This document shows, piece by piece, positions 39,524-50,066 of a stretch of DNA of 64,000 bases. Numbering within the stretch: the first letter of the stretch is position 1; the number at the start of each line of letters is the position of its first letter. Source of the stretch: Armatimonadota bacterium (lineage in GTDB: Bacteria; Armatimonadota; SYMT01). Made by a program: the position numbers and the translations under genes. The DNA lies in NCBI GenBank assembly GCA_041690135.1, contig JAWLHY010000015.1, forward strand, positions 96,001-160,000, read 5' to 3'. Below the pieces are notes generated by a model. The model ran no database searches and was not told the DNA's origin. It saw only the letters and a program-made list of their open reading frames with translations.

Positions 39524-40263
39524 AGCAAGTATTCAACCGCGATCGTTCACGCGACAATCTTGAGGCAGGGTGTTGCAACCATTCCAGGTGCACACAGAAC
39601 CCGCTCTGCCCCAGACCCTCATGCCTCAAGGATGACGGATCACGCGGCCAAAGAACGAGGAGCGTATCCAATAGCCGGTCGCACGCTCTACGCACGACCC
39701 TCCTGTCAGTGGTCTTGCTAGGGCTCCTCGCTGCCGGTTGCGAGCAGCGCGTCCAGATGGCGCCGCGGCAGCGACCGCAGCCCGCGCCCACCCAGCCAAC
39801 CCCATCAAAACCGGAGACGACGCGTCCCGCGCCCGAGGGTCCGGAGGCACAGACGCAGCAGTTGGGGCAGATCGAACAGGACATCTTCCGACGCATTAAT
39901 CAGCAACGCCAGGAAGCCGGACTCGCCCCGCTGGAGAATAACTCGCGCCTCCGACAACTGGCCCGCGACTACAGCCGGCAGATGGCGCGCCAGAACTTCT
40001 TCAGTCATGTCAGCCCGGGCGGGGAGAGCGTGGTGGACCGTGCCCAGGAAGCCAATCTCCGGTACAGCTACATCGGGGAGAATATCTTCAAGAGCGTGAA
40101 TGCTCCCCTCAACCGCCTGCCGAACATTGCCGTGCAGGGCTGGATGGACAGCCCCGGCCACCGCCGGAACATCCTCCGCGAGGCCTTTACGGAAACCGGC
40201 GTAGGCGCCTGGCGGCAGAACAACACCGTCTACGTCACGCAGGTGTTCCGCCGCCCACGGTAG
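39520..40263 (+). CDS. CAP/SCP domain lipoprotein (start uncertain)
   Basis: LLAAGC lipobox; INQQR, FFSH, GENI, WMDSPGHRRNIL. Confidence 0.8.
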   Translation: MKQVFNRDRSRDNLEAGCCNHSRCTQNPLCPRPSCLKDDGSRGQRTRSVSNSRSHALRTTLLSVVLLGLLAAGCEQRVQMAPRQRPQPAPTQPTPSKPETTRPAPEGPEAQTQQLGQIEQDIFRRINQQRQEAGLAPLENNSRLRQLARDYSRQMARQNFFSHVSPGGESVVDRAQEANLRYSYIGENIFKSVNAPLNRLPNIAVQGWMDSPGHRRNILREAFTETGVGAWRQNNTVYVTQVFRRPR

Positions 40264-40558
40264 GCGAGGCGTCTGTAATCACGGTGAACTCGTCCGGGGA
40301 AAGCTCGATGTAACGCTCTCCCTCCATCTCGAACTGAATACCATACAGGCGCCTGCCGCCACCACCGAGGTGTCCGCGGTCCTCCACGATGGTCCCTTCG
40401 CGGGAATATGGCCCGAACTGAAACTTAACGCGGGTGCCCTCGGGTAGGCCCTTGCTCCTGACCGGGTTGCGCACAACGGGGTGTACCACTGGGGCGCTCC
40501 TGATGGATCGCTTGCCACAATTGCCTTGATTATCCGCGCCCACCTCACACCACGGCAC
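40235..40558 (-). CDS. Small hypothetical protein (start uncertain)
   Basis: SH3/KOW-like pattern GTRVKFQFG...GTIVEDRGHLGGGGRRLYGI. Confidence 0.45.
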   Translation of the reverse strand: MPWCEVGADNQGNCGKRSIRSAPVVHPVVRNPVRSKGLPEGTRVKFQFGPYSREGTIVEDRGHLGGGGRRLYGIQFEMEGERYIELSPDEFTVITDASPTVGGGTPA

Positions 40559-40916
40559 GATCGACTCCTGACAAGTAGTATGAATGGTGAGCGAGTTTCA
40601 CCCTCTGAGCCGTAGCGGATCGAAATGCTAAAGGGGTGCAAGCGCCCCAGTCCGAGATTCCGCATCCAGGTTTTCCGCAGGAGTGCCCGTTTGTGGTATG
40701 CTTGGCCCCGTGACCCGGTGTATTCCGCAGTGGACGACTACAACCTCCTGAAAGGGATCGAGTTGGAGGCTGGCGTGAAGTTGGCGGCTCAAGAGTTCGT
40801 GCCTACAAGCCGAAGCGTCGCTCGATTTCCTACCCCCTTCGTCCCTGTCTTTGTATTCCACTGTGGACGACAGTGGCCACACGACAGAGAGCCTTCGTAC
40901 TTGCCCAGGGTGAACG

Positions 40917-43547
40917 ATGATGCGCACCAGTAACGAGCTTCGGCAGCTTTTCCTCGAGTTCATGGAGAGCAAGGGGCACAAGATCCTGCCCGGTATCTCC
41001 CTCGTCCCCACCGACCCGTCGATCTTCCTCACGACGGCCGGCGTGGTGCCGTTCCAGGCCATGCTGGAAGGGCGGGAGCCGGCTCCGTACCCCCGCATCG
41101 CCACCTGCCAGCGCTGCTGCCGGACCACCGACCTGGAGAGCGTCGGGAAGTTCGCACGGTATCACACATTCTTCGAGATGCTGGGCAACTGGTCGTTCGG
41201 CGACTACTTCAAGCGCGAAACGCTCACCTGGGGCTGGGAGTTCATTACCGAGGTCCTGGGCATCGATCGGAACCGGATCTGGGCGACCGTCTTCGGCAAC
41301 CACGAGCAGTACCCGGACGACGACGAAGCCTACGACATCTGGCTGAACGTGATCGGGTTACCGGCGGAGCGCATCATCAAGCTGCCGGATAACTGGTGGG
41401 GACCCGTGCTGGAGACCGGCGCCTGCGGCCCGGACAGCGAAGTCTACTTCGACCTGGGCCCGGAGTTCGGCTGCGGCTCCGCGGAGTGCAAGCCGGGCTG
41501 CGACTGCGACCGCTACCTGGAGTTCTGGAATCACGTTTTCACCCAGTACTACAAGCACGCCGACGGAAGCTTCACACCCCTTCAGAACCAGAACATCGAC
41601 ACGGGCATGGGCCTGGAGCGCCTGACCTGCGTCGTCCAGAACAAGCGGCATGTCTACGAGACCGACCTCTTCGCTCCGATCATGGAGCGCGTGGAGGAGG
41701 TTCTTACGCGCGCCACCGGCAGCGCGGGCGATCCGGATGACTGGCGCAAGCGCGTGATCGCGGACCACACCCGCGCGGCGACGTTTATGGTGATGGACGG
41801 CATCTACCCGGCCAACACCGGCCGCGGCTACGTGCTGCGGCGGATCATCCGCCGGGCCGCCACCTTCGGCTTCCTGCTGGGCGTCAAGCAGCCGTTCATC
41901 CACGAGATCGTTCCCCAGGTCATCGAGAAGATGAAGACCGGGTACCCGGAACTGGCGGAAAAGCAGGAAGTGATCCTGCAGCAGATCCGGAAGGAAGAGA
42001 ACCAGTTTGCCAGCACCCTGGACCGGGGCGTACCACGCTTCCTGGATCGGGCGAAGTCCGGCGGCATCATCGACGGTCACTTTGCGTTCGACATTTACCA
42101 GCAGGACGGCGTCCCGTTCGAGGTGATGCAGGAACTCGCCGCCGAGTACGCGGCCACCATCGACGAAGAAGGGTACGGCCAAGCGCGCGACGACCATGCG
42201 GCGAAGTCCGGCAAGGGCTCCGCGGTCAAATCGAACTTCCAGGCGCTCAACGTGCCCGCGACGGAGTTCGTCGGCTACGACGGCACCGAGGGGGAAGGCG
42301 AGGTGCTGCTGCTGCTCCACGAGGGCGAGACGGTCGATTCCCTGGAGCCGGGCGAGGTCGGTTGGGTCGTACTGGACCGCACCCCGTTCTACGGCGAGAG
42401 CGGCGGCCAGATCGGCGATACCGGCCGGATGCTGGCGGGGGAGGGGGGCGTCTCCGCGTTGGCGACCGTCCTCGATACCCAGAAGCAGGGCCAGGTGTTC
42501 CTCCACGCCGTCCGTGTGGAGCAGGGACGCATCCACCCCGGCATGCGGCTGGAGACGGAGGTCGACGGGGAGCGGCGCGAGGCGATCCGGCGCGCCCACA
42601 CGGCGACCCACCTCCTGCACGCCTCACTGCGGCAGGTGCTAGGCCCCCACGTGGTCCAGCGCGGCTCCATTGTCGAGCCCGATACCCTACGCTTCGACTT
42701 CGCGCACGACCAGGCGATGACCCCGGAGGAGATCCAGCAGGTCGAGGCGATCATGAACGCGCAGGTCCTGCGGGACACGCCCGTCTCCATCGACTACCGC
42801 ACCCAGGGCGAGGCGCGCGACATCGGCGCGATGATGCTCTTCGGCGAGAAGTACGGGGAGATCGTCCGCGTGGTGCAGGTACCCGGCTTCAGCGTGGAGC
42901 TCTGCGGCGGCACCCACGTGCCCCGGACCGGCACCATCGGCCTGATCAAGATCACCAGTGAGGGGAGCGCGGCGGCGGGCATCCGGCGCGTCGAATGCAC
43001 CACCGGCATGGGTTCGCTGGAGTACCTCCAGGCGCAGACGGCAAAGCTCCGCGAAATCGCGGAAGCCCTCGGCGGACCGGTGGACCAGATCCTGGGCCGC
43101 ATCGGCTCGCAGAAGGACCAGATCTCCCAGCTCCGTCGCCAACTCGACGAGGCCCGGCGCTCCGCGGCGGGCGGCGCGCTCGAGCGGCTGCTCGCGGACC
43201 GGGTGGAAGTGAAGGGCGTCCCGGTTGTCGCCGCGCAGGCGGACTCCGGCGATCCGGCGGCCGTGAAGACCCTGGTCGACCAGTTGGCCGAGCGCCTGAA
43301 GAACGGCGTGGTGGTGCTGGCCGGCGCCACTGACGGCAAGGGGATCATCGTCGCCAAGGCGACCCCCGATGCGGTCGCGCGCGGCGCCCACGCCGGCAAC
43401 CTGGTCCGTGAGGTGGCGAAGATCGCCGGCGGCGGCGGTGGCGGCCGTCCCGAGTTCGCCCAGGCGGGTGCTCGCGACGTCTCCAAGATCGAGGAAGCCC
43501 TCGACGCCGTCTCGTCGCTCCTGGAGGCCCAGATCAAGTCGGATTAG
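40917..43547 (+). CDS. alaS: Alanine--tRNA ligase
   Basis: HTFFEMLGN, IDTGMGLERL, HTATHLLH, ELCGGTH, GGGGG C-terminus. Confidence 0.97.
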   Translation: MMRTSNELRQLFLEFMESKGHKILPGISLVPTDPSIFLTTAGVVPFQAMLEGREPAPYPRIATCQRCCRTTDLESVGKFARYHTFFEMLGNWSFGDYFKRETLTWGWEFITEVLGIDRNRIWATVFGNHEQYPDDDEAYDIWLNVIGLPAERIIKLPDNWWGPVLETGACGPDSEVYFDLGPEFGCGSAECKPGCDCDRYLEFWNHVFTQYYKHADGSFTPLQNQNIDTGMGLERLTCVVQNKRHVYETDLFAPIMERVEEVLTRATGSAGDPDDWRKRVIADHTRAATFMVMDGIYPANTGRGYVLRRIIRRAATFGFLLGVKQPFIHEIVPQVIEKMKTGYPELAEKQEVILQQIRKEENQFASTLDRGVPRFLDRAKSGGIIDGHFAFDIYQQDGVPFEVMQELAAEYAATIDEEGYGQARDDHAAKSGKGSAVKSNFQALNVPATEFVGYDGTEGEGEVLLLLHEGETVDSLEPGEVGWVVLDRTPFYGESGGQIGDTGRMLAGEGGVSALATVLDTQKQGQVFLHAVRVEQGRIHPGMRLETEVDGERREAIRRAHTATHLLHASLRQVLGPHVVQRGSIVEPDTLRFDFAHDQAMTPEEIQQVEAIMNAQVLRDTPVSIDYRTQGEARDIGAMMLFGEKYGEIVRVVQVPGFSVELCGGTHVPRTGTIGLIKITSEGSAAAGIRRVECTTGMGSLEYLQAQTAKLREIAEALGGPVDQILGRIGSQKDQISQLRRQLDEARRSAAGGALERLLADRVEVKGVPVVAAQADSGDPAAVKTLVDQLAERLKNGVVVLAGATDGKGIIVAKATPDAVARGAHAGNLVREVAKIAGGGGGGRPEFAQAGARDVSKIEEALDAVSSLLEAQIKSD

Positions 43548-43560
43548 GGAAATCCGGATT

Positions 43561-43590
43561 GCCGAGGCAACCTACGGTGATTGCCTCGGC
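43561..43590 (+). terminator. Hairpin after alaS (terminator or REP-like)
   Basis: gccgaggcaa-10 nt-ttgcctcggc; no U-tract. Confidence 0.45.
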
Positions 43591-43818
43591 CCGGACCCCT
43601 TAAATGCAGGGGCACCCGTACACCCGGCGGAGCTAGGGCTGTGGTTGCCCACGGCATGAGGCTGATGACCCTGCGCCAAAGGGAACTCCCATGAGTGGTG
43701 GAAGCCGTAGGACCATAAGCTTCCCGTCGGGCGCTGCGTCGGACCCTGGTTTTGCCAAACCGAAGCAGATTCCAGAATCATGCCCGGCGCATGCGTCGGG
43801 GGCCCCCAGGGCGTTGGA

Positions 43819-43935
43819 AGTCCCCGAGATATCGGGGCAATGGTGCTACTCATTGGGCGGCACATTAAGCGTAACTCGACACAACTGGAGACCACGACTG
43901 GGGTTCGGGCCGAGATATCTCTCGGACTCCGGGCA
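43819..43935. repeat. CCCCGAGATATCGGGG-family REP-like pair
   Basis: agtccccgagatatcggggc ... gccgagatatctctcggactccgggca. Confidence 0.75.
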
Positions 43936-44065
43936 GGGGTCATCATCGGGTCCTGTTTGCCGGACTTGACTTCTGGCGCATGCGCGGGGCTTGCGTCAGA
44001 AGCCAAGTCCGCGACGCACGTGCCGCATAAAAGACCGAGATCTTTTCCGATGACCAGGAATAGCG

Positions 44066-46171
44066 TTGGTGCAGGCTTTTAATCCCCGCGTGAGGATGGC
44101 CGCCACGCTCTGGCTGCTACTTGGCTGCCTGTTGGCCCTGGGCATCCTTCCCGCCTCGGCCGCAGAGCCCCCGCGCGCCGTGCTGATCCTGCTTCCGGGG
44201 GTCGAGTCCGAGCTACTCTTCCGCGCCCTGCGGAACCCGGAGTTCCAGGTTCTCCGAGACGGAAGCGGGCTCGCGCTGATCAACGCTTCCGTGCCCGGAC
44301 CGGATACCACGGAGTCCGCCTACCTCACCCTGGGCGCGGGCCAGCGCCTCCCCTTCCCAGGCGACCTCGAACTCACGGCGAGTCCGCTGGGGAACCAGCT
44401 ACGCACCCCCGAATCGGACCTCCAGCGCATCCGTACCGCTTCATCCCGCAGCGATGCCTTCCCGGGCGCCCTGGCCACGCTCCTGAAGGAAGCGGGTCTC
44501 CCCGTCCACCTGGCACTATCCCCAGGCTACAACGCGGTCCCCGCGACACCCGCATTCCTCACCGGAATGGACAGGTGGGGCCGTTCATCCATTATCCGGG
44601 TACCCCGAAGGGGTGATCCTTCATCCTTCCCCCAGGGCCTCACCCTCCTCGACCTGCCTCCGGGCACCTCCCCTCACGAGGCGCTCACCACCGCCCTGAA
44701 GATCACCCGCATACTGGACCGGGACCGCGACCTCCTCGCCCTCGTGAGCCCGGACCCCTATCCCACAGCCAACGGGCAATGGATGCGGCTCTCACCCGTC
44801 ATGCTGTGGGGAGCGCCCTACCGGGGACAGTTTCTGCGCTCCGCCACCACGCGCACCCCGGCGCTGCTTTCCAATGTCGACCTGACTCCCACGTTCCTGG
44901 CGCACTTTGGCTTGGACATCCCCAGGGCTCTGGAAGGACATTCAGCCCAACCGGCTGGTCCGGCCAATCTCGAACGGCTGCTGGCGTTCGCGGCCTTCGC
45001 GCGCGCCAACCGCGAAGCGATGATCCCCGGTCTGGTAGGGTGGGGGATCGTGGCATTCCTGGCGGTGGTGCTTTCCTTCGGGACCCTGCTCCGAGCCGCT
45101 AGAGGGGGCGAAGTGCGCGAGCGCGTCGTCACCGCGGCCCAGGCGCTGCTGGTCGCTACCGCTTCCTTCCCGAGCGCGCTACTCCTCGCCGCCCTGGTTC
45201 CCTGGAAGCAACCGGAAAGCCTACTCGTGGGCCTGGCAGTCCTGACCCTCGTGCTTTCCGTGCTCGCCCTGGCGGCCCGGCGCCTCGGACCGCCCCTCGC
45301 GGTGCCGTATACGCTCCTGCTGGGCCTGCTGCTCTTCGATCTCTATGCGCCTACCGACATGCTCGCCCGGAACCTGATGAGCGACTTCACCAACGTCGGC
45401 GGCCGCTTCTATGGGATCGGCAACGAGTACCTGGGCCTGCTCCTGGCGGTGGCTCTGGCCGCGCCCCTCATGCTGGCGAGCGATGTGCGAAATGCGAACT
45501 CCGAAATGCGAACAGGGAGGCCTCCCGATCCCAACTCCGCCCTTACTCTTACTCTTACTCCTACTCCTACTCGCGAAGCTCTCTATCGCTCCGCGCTCTG
45601 GCTCGCCGTTCTGATCGCCGCGGGGCATCCGGCGATGGGGGCGGACTTCGGCGGCGCCCTCTCCCTGGCCCTCACGTTCCTGCTGGCAGGGTTCTTGCTC
45701 GCCGGGCGCCGGATCAAGCTGCGAGAGGTGTCTCTGGCGGTAGGGATCGCCGGGCTGGTGGCGGTGGCACTGGTGGGGGTGGACCTGATGCGCCCGCCCG
45801 GCGCGCGGACCCACGTGGGCGACCTGGCCGCGCGCGCGCTATCGGGTGGGGGAGCGGCCGTGGGGGAGATGCTCTTTCGAAAGGCGCTGCTCAACCTGGA
45901 GATGGCCCGTACCCCATACTTCCTTATCGGAGTCGGCATCGTGGCGCCTTTGTTCGGCTTCTGTTATTCTAGGCTCAGCCCGCTCTCGGTGAACGCCCTG
46001 CGCCACCGCCCCCTCGCCTGGGCCGGTATTCGTTCCGTGCTCCTCGGGGGAATAATCACCATGCTGCTCAACGACACGGGAGTGATCGCCTGGGCGCTGG
46101 CGTGCGGTGCCGCGCTACTGTGGTGGCTGGACCTGATGCTGCTGGAATTAAGGGACGCATGCGGACGATAG
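44066..46171 (+). CDS. Membrane protein with alkaline-phosphatase-like N-terminal region and polytopic C-terminus
   Basis: SATTRTPALLSNVDLTPT, GGRFYGIGNEY, GADFGG, NDTGV. Confidence 0.75.
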   Translation: MVQAFNPRVRMAATLWLLLGCLLALGILPASAAEPPRAVLILLPGVESELLFRALRNPEFQVLRDGSGLALINASVPGPDTTESAYLTLGAGQRLPFPGDLELTASPLGNQLRTPESDLQRIRTASSRSDAFPGALATLLKEAGLPVHLALSPGYNAVPATPAFLTGMDRWGRSSIIRVPRRGDPSSFPQGLTLLDLPPGTSPHEALTTALKITRILDRDRDLLALVSPDPYPTANGQWMRLSPVMLWGAPYRGQFLRSATTRTPALLSNVDLTPTFLAHFGLDIPRALEGHSAQPAGPANLERLLAFAAFARANREAMIPGLVGWGIVAFLAVVLSFGTLLRAARGGEVRERVVTAAQALLVATASFPSALLLAALVPWKQPESLLVGLAVLTLVLSVLALAARRLGPPLAVPYTLLLGLLLFDLYAPTDMLARNLMSDFTNVGGRFYGIGNEYLGLLLAVALAAPLMLASDVRNANSEMRTGRPPDPNSALTLTLTPTPTREALYRSALWLAVLIAAGHPAMGADFGGALSLALTFLLAGFLLAGRRIKLREVSLAVGIAGLVAVALVGVDLMRPPGARTHVGDLAARALSGGGAAVGEMLFRKALLNLEMARTPYFLIGVGIVAPLFGFCYSRLSPLSVNALRHRPLAWAGIRSVLLGGIITMLLNDTGVIAWALACGAALLWWLDLMLLELRDACGR

Positions 46172-46605
46172 CACTCGATGTGGGCGAGAAGACCGTAGGG
46201 ATTGCGGTCTCAGACGAACTGGGTATAACTGCTTCACCGCGCGAGACCCTGCGTCGCGACGGTACCGAACTGGACCGCCTGGCCGCCATGGTCGCCGCAG
46301 AGAACGTCGGCGAAGTGGTGGTGGGCCTTCCGATTTCCCTCAACGGCACCCTCGGCCCTTCCGCGCAGAAGGTGCTCGAGTTCGTGGAACAACTACGGCA
46401 GCGATTGACGATACCGGTGGTGACATGCGACGAACGGCTGACGACCGCCCAGGCGGAGAAGAGTTTGATCTCGGCGAACGTGAAGCGCGCGAAACGGCGC
46501 CAGGTGATCGACCAGGTGGCGGCGGCACTGATCCTGGAGAGTTATCTACGCCGGAAGTCCCTGGGGATGCCGTCGGAGATGGAGAGGCCGTACGACGACG
46601 AATGA
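46159..46605 (+). CDS. ruvX: YqgF/RuvX family RNase H-fold nuclease
   Basis: ALDVGEKTVGIAVSD, VVGLP, DERLTT, IDQVAAALILESYL. Confidence 0.93.
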   Translation: MRTIALDVGEKTVGIAVSDELGITASPRETLRRDGTELDRLAAMVAAENVGEVVVGLPISLNGTLGPSAQKVLEFVEQLRQRLTIPVVTCDERLTTAQAEKSLISANVKRAKRRQVIDQVAAALILESYLRRKSLGMPSEMERPYDDE

Positions 46606-47642
46606 ACCCGTGGGCGCAACGAGCGATGATGACCCTCGTCACGCTCGGGCTCGTGGTTTTCGTCTTCTGGTATTCCAACCACCTGCTCTCGCCGACTCGC
46701 CGGACCGGTGAGCCGATCCGGGTCGACATCCGCCTGGGATCCAGCGCATCGGAGATCGCGCGGGCGTTGAAGTCGGCCGGGGCGATCCACAGCGAGCTGG
46801 CGTTCAAGCTGATGGCCCGCCTGTACGGCGGCGCAGAGGACATGAAAGCCGGCGAGTACCTCATCCCGCCGAACCGCGGCGTCCTCGAGATCATCGACCA
46901 ACTGGTGGCCGGCAACGCCGAAGCGCAGTGGGTGCTGATCCCGGAAGGTTACACGCTGTCGCGCATCGCCAGCTTACTGGACGAGCAACGCCTGGCGCGC
47001 GCCAATGAGTTCCTCCGCGCCGCCCGTCGCAGTCCCACCACGCTGGGCGTGGACCTTCCCGTTTCCCCTTCCGGGCTGGAAGGTTACCTGATGCCGGACA
47101 CCTATAAGTTTCCGCGCAAGGCGAGCGAGCAGGTGCTGCTGAAGGAGATGCTCCGCAACTGGCACGACAAGATCTACCAGCCGAACCGCGAGCTGTTTGC
47201 CGCCAGCACTCTCCCCGCGGAGAAGATCATTGTCATCGCCTCCATGATCGAGCGGGAGGCGCGCGTGCCGGAGGACCGGCCGCTGATCTCCTCCGTCATC
47301 CGGAACCGCCTGCAGAAGAAGATGCCGCTGCAGATCGATGCCACCGTGCTGTACGCGCTGGGCCGCCACAAGGCCAAGGTCACTTACAAGGACCTTAAGG
47401 TCAAGAGCCCGTACAACACCTACATTCAGCGGGGGCTGCCCCCGGGCCCGATCTGCAACCCGGGACAGGATGCCGTTCTGGCCGCGTTGAAGCCGGCGAA
47501 AACCGACTATCTGTACTACGTGGCGCGCCCAGATGGCAGCCACATCTTCACGCGGTCCCACCAGGAACATCTGCAGGCGATTGCCAAGGTGAAGCAGATG
47601 AAAACGGCGGACGCGGGTCTTACCGAAGCCAAGAGCCCATGA
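46602..47642 (+). CDS. mltG: Endolytic transglycosylase MltG
   Basis: IPEG, LEGYLMPDTY, ASMIEREA, LQIDATVLY, SPYNTY, GLPPGPI. Confidence 0.95.
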   Translation: MNPWAQRAMMTLVTLGLVVFVFWYSNHLLSPTRRTGEPIRVDIRLGSSASEIARALKSAGAIHSELAFKLMARLYGGAEDMKAGEYLIPPNRGVLEIIDQLVAGNAEAQWVLIPEGYTLSRIASLLDEQRLARANEFLRAARRSPTTLGVDLPVSPSGLEGYLMPDTYKFPRKASEQVLLKEMLRNWHDKIYQPNRELFAASTLPAEKIIVIASMIEREARVPEDRPLISSVIRNRLQKKMPLQIDATVLYALGRHKAKVTYKDLKVKSPYNTYIQRGLPPGPICNPGQDAVLAALKPAKTDYLYYVARPDGSHIFTRSHQEHLQAIAKVKQMKTADAGLTEAKSP

Positions 47643-48226
47643 TCCCGGCGCTCCACGAGTTCTGTCCCACCCTTCAGGCGGATCACGTTACGGACATCAC
47701 GAGCGACTTCCTCGCGGAGCGCGGCATCCGCGCCCTGATTCTGGACCTGGACAATACGCTGGTCCCCTGGCACGGACGCGAGGTGGACGCCCGGATCTCG
47801 GAATGGATCTCGGAACTGCAGCGCTCGGGAACGCGCCTCTGCATCGTCTCCAATACGCACCGGCCGGGCCGCCTGAAGGACCTGGCGATGCGTCTGGGCG
47901 TGCAGTGGGTGCCCTCCGGCGGTAAGCCGCGCCGCCGCGGATTCCTCCGCGCGATGGAGGCCATGGAAAGCTCCGTCGAGGTCACGGCGGTGATCGGGGA
48001 CCAGGTGATGACCGACATCTGGGGCGGCAACCGCTGCGGCCTCCTCACGATTCTGGTGGCGCCTCTCTCGCCCCGCGAGTTCATCGGCACGAAGCTCATC
48101 AGCCGCAACGTGGAGCGGTTTCTGCTAAAACTCCTGGAGAGCCAGGGTAAGCGGGCGCAGCACGTTCGAACTCTAGAGATATGCACGCAGGAGTGTCTCA
48201 AAAATGAGGTAGCCTCCGGCCGATGA
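47639..48226 (+). CDS. YqeG family HAD IIIA phosphatase
   Basis: DLDNTL, VSN, KP, IGDQVMTDIWGGNR. Confidence 0.9.
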   Translation: MIPALHEFCPTLQADHVTDITSDFLAERGIRALILDLDNTLVPWHGREVDARISEWISELQRSGTRLCIVSNTHRPGRLKDLAMRLGVQWVPSGGKPRRRGFLRAMEAMESSVEVTAVIGDQVMTDIWGGNRCGLLTILVAPLSPREFIGTKLISRNVERFLLKLLESQGKRAQHVRTLEICTQECLKNEVASGR

Positions 48227-48520
48227 GGACTAGGATTACGACCAGGACAAGGCGTCCTGGGTAATGACGAGTTCTCAGGACTGAGGCTGCCGGATCGTGT
48301 AAGGGCGAGTTCCCTGACCAGGGGGCGGGTGGATTAGGATCAGGATGAGGATAAAGAGTTCCGTGTAATGACAGGTTCGCTGACCAGGGACGGTTGGATT
48401 GGGACCAGGATAAGGAGTCCCTGGTCATGACAGGTGCCCTGACCGAGGGGCGGATGGATTAGGACCAGGATTAGGATAAGGAGTTCCGGGTAAGAACGGG
48501 TGCCCTGACCAGGGGGCTTG
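48224..48520. repeat. Degenerate tandem array of 59-66 bp units
   Basis: ctgacc anchors at 48314, 48380, 48439, 48505, with ggatta/ggataa hexamers. Confidence 0.8.
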
Positions 48521-48822
48521 CCGCGTCGCTAACGGGTTCTGTTTTTGGAGGCTGAGTGCTTCGGCATTGGGCTCATCTGCATCGTGGAAGTTGCTGCTGG
48601 TCTCTCGCTCCTCGCAATGACGATCGTGGGCACTGCCTGAACGTCCAATGCCTGAACGCCTGAATGTTTACCAGTCGAGGGGTGGCCTGACCACCGGAAT
48701 GCCTAATGCCCCATGCCCGAAGTCCTATTCGCTTCATTCGCACAATTCGCGGATCGTTCCCTACCTGAATGCCTGAACGCCTGAATGCCTGGCGGACGGG
48801 ACGTCCGCGCTCCTAACGCCCA

Positions 48823-49224
48823 ATGCCCAACGCCCAACGCCATATCATCATTGATGCCGACCTGAACGACGCCACCCAGGCGATGGAGATCACCTGGGGC
48901 GACCAGCATCGCAGCACTTATCCCCTCAAGTACCTGCGGGCGGAGTGCCCATGCGCCCAGTGCCGCACGGAGCGGCAGGAAGCGAAGGCGAACCCCAACC
49001 CGTTCCGGGTGCTCAACACCGGGACCAGCCCGGATAGCTGGCGGATCGCCGACCTGGAAGAGGTGGGGCGCTACGGGTTGAAGATCACCTGGGGCGATGC
49101 CCACTCCACCGGCATTTACACCTTCGAGTACCTCCGCGAGATCTGCCCCTGCGAGGCCTGCAAGGCGGCGCGTCCGGCGGACGATAAGCCGTTCGTGCAC
49201 GGCATCTATATTCCCGGATCGTAA
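48823..49224 (+). CDS. DUF971 / GBBH-N-like protein
   Basis: YLRAECPCAQC, VGRYGLKITWGDAHSTGIYTFEYLR. Confidence 0.9.
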   Translation: MPNAQRHIIIDADLNDATQAMEITWGDQHRSTYPLKYLRAECPCAQCRTERQEAKANPNPFRVLNTGTSPDSWRIADLEEVGRYGLKITWGDAHSTGIYTFEYLREICPCEACKAARPADDKPFVHGIYIPGS

Positions 49225-49250
49225 CCCGGACCGTATCGGAACCCCACGTA

Positions 49251-50018
49251 GTGAAAGTCGTTGTTCTGGGCTCGGGCACCTCTCATGGGATCCCCGCCGT
49301 CGGCTGTGCCTGCCACGTTTGCGCTTCTCCGGACCCCCGCGACCACCGCAACCGGTGCTCCATTGCCGTCACCTGGCGAGACCGGTGCGTGGTGGTGGAC
49401 ACCCCGCCCGAACTACGCCAGCAAGTGATCCGCAGCCAGATCCGCCGCATCGACGCCCTGTTCTTCACCCATTCCCACGCGGACCACATCTTCGGCCTGG
49501 ACGATATCCGCCGCTTCAACGAGATGCAGCAGGTCGACATGCCGGTGTTCGCCCGCCCCGAAACGCTCCAGGATATCGAGCGGTCCTTCCGCTATGTGTT
49601 CATCCCCACGCAGCTCGGCGGCGGGAAGCCGCGCCTGGCCCTCACGCCGCTGACGGGCGCGCGGCTGGAGTGGGAAGGGCTCTCCATCGAGGCAATCCCG
49701 GTGTACCACGGGGAGCTGGAGGTGCTGGCGTACCGGTTCGGAGACTTCGCCTACGTCACCGACGTGAGCCGGATCCCCACCGAGTCCATGGAACGGCTGC
49801 GGGGTCTCGATATCCTGATGCTGGGCGCGCTGCGCTGGGAGCCGCACACCACGCATTTCAACATCGAGCAGGCCCTGGAAGTCGTGCGGGAGCTGCGGCC
49901 GCGCCGCACCTTCTTCACCCACCTGGCCCACAACCTGTTGCACGCGGAAACCGAGAGCCGTTTACCCGCCGGGGTCCGGCTGGCCTATGACGGCCTGATC
50001 CTGGACCTCCCCGACTAG
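49251..50018 (+). CDS. PhnP-like metallo-beta-lactamase-fold hydrolase
   Basis: LGSGTSHGIP, CACHVC, THSHADHIFGLDD, AYDG. Confidence 0.92.
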   Translation: MKVVVLGSGTSHGIPAVGCACHVCASPDPRDHRNRCSIAVTWRDRCVVVDTPPELRQQVIRSQIRRIDALFFTHSHADHIFGLDDIRRFNEMQQVDMPVFARPETLQDIERSFRYVFIPTQLGGGKPRLALTPLTGARLEWEGLSIEAIPVYHGELEVLAYRFGDFAYVTDVSRIPTESMERLRGLDILMLGALRWEPHTTHFNIEQALEVVRELRPRRTFFTHLAHNLLHAETESRLPAGVRLAYDGLILDLPD

Positions 50019-50066
50019 AGACAGCCTGCACGAAATCGGTTAAGATAGGGCCCGGGCATTTGATCT

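Noticed and set aside
40690-40916. T-box riboswitch upstream of alaS
   Set aside because: No T-box consensus (GGTGGNACC) or terminator/antiterminator found.
48224-48520. Possible CRISPR array
   Set aside because: Whole units are similar, with no unique spacers or invariant repeat, and there are no cas genes.
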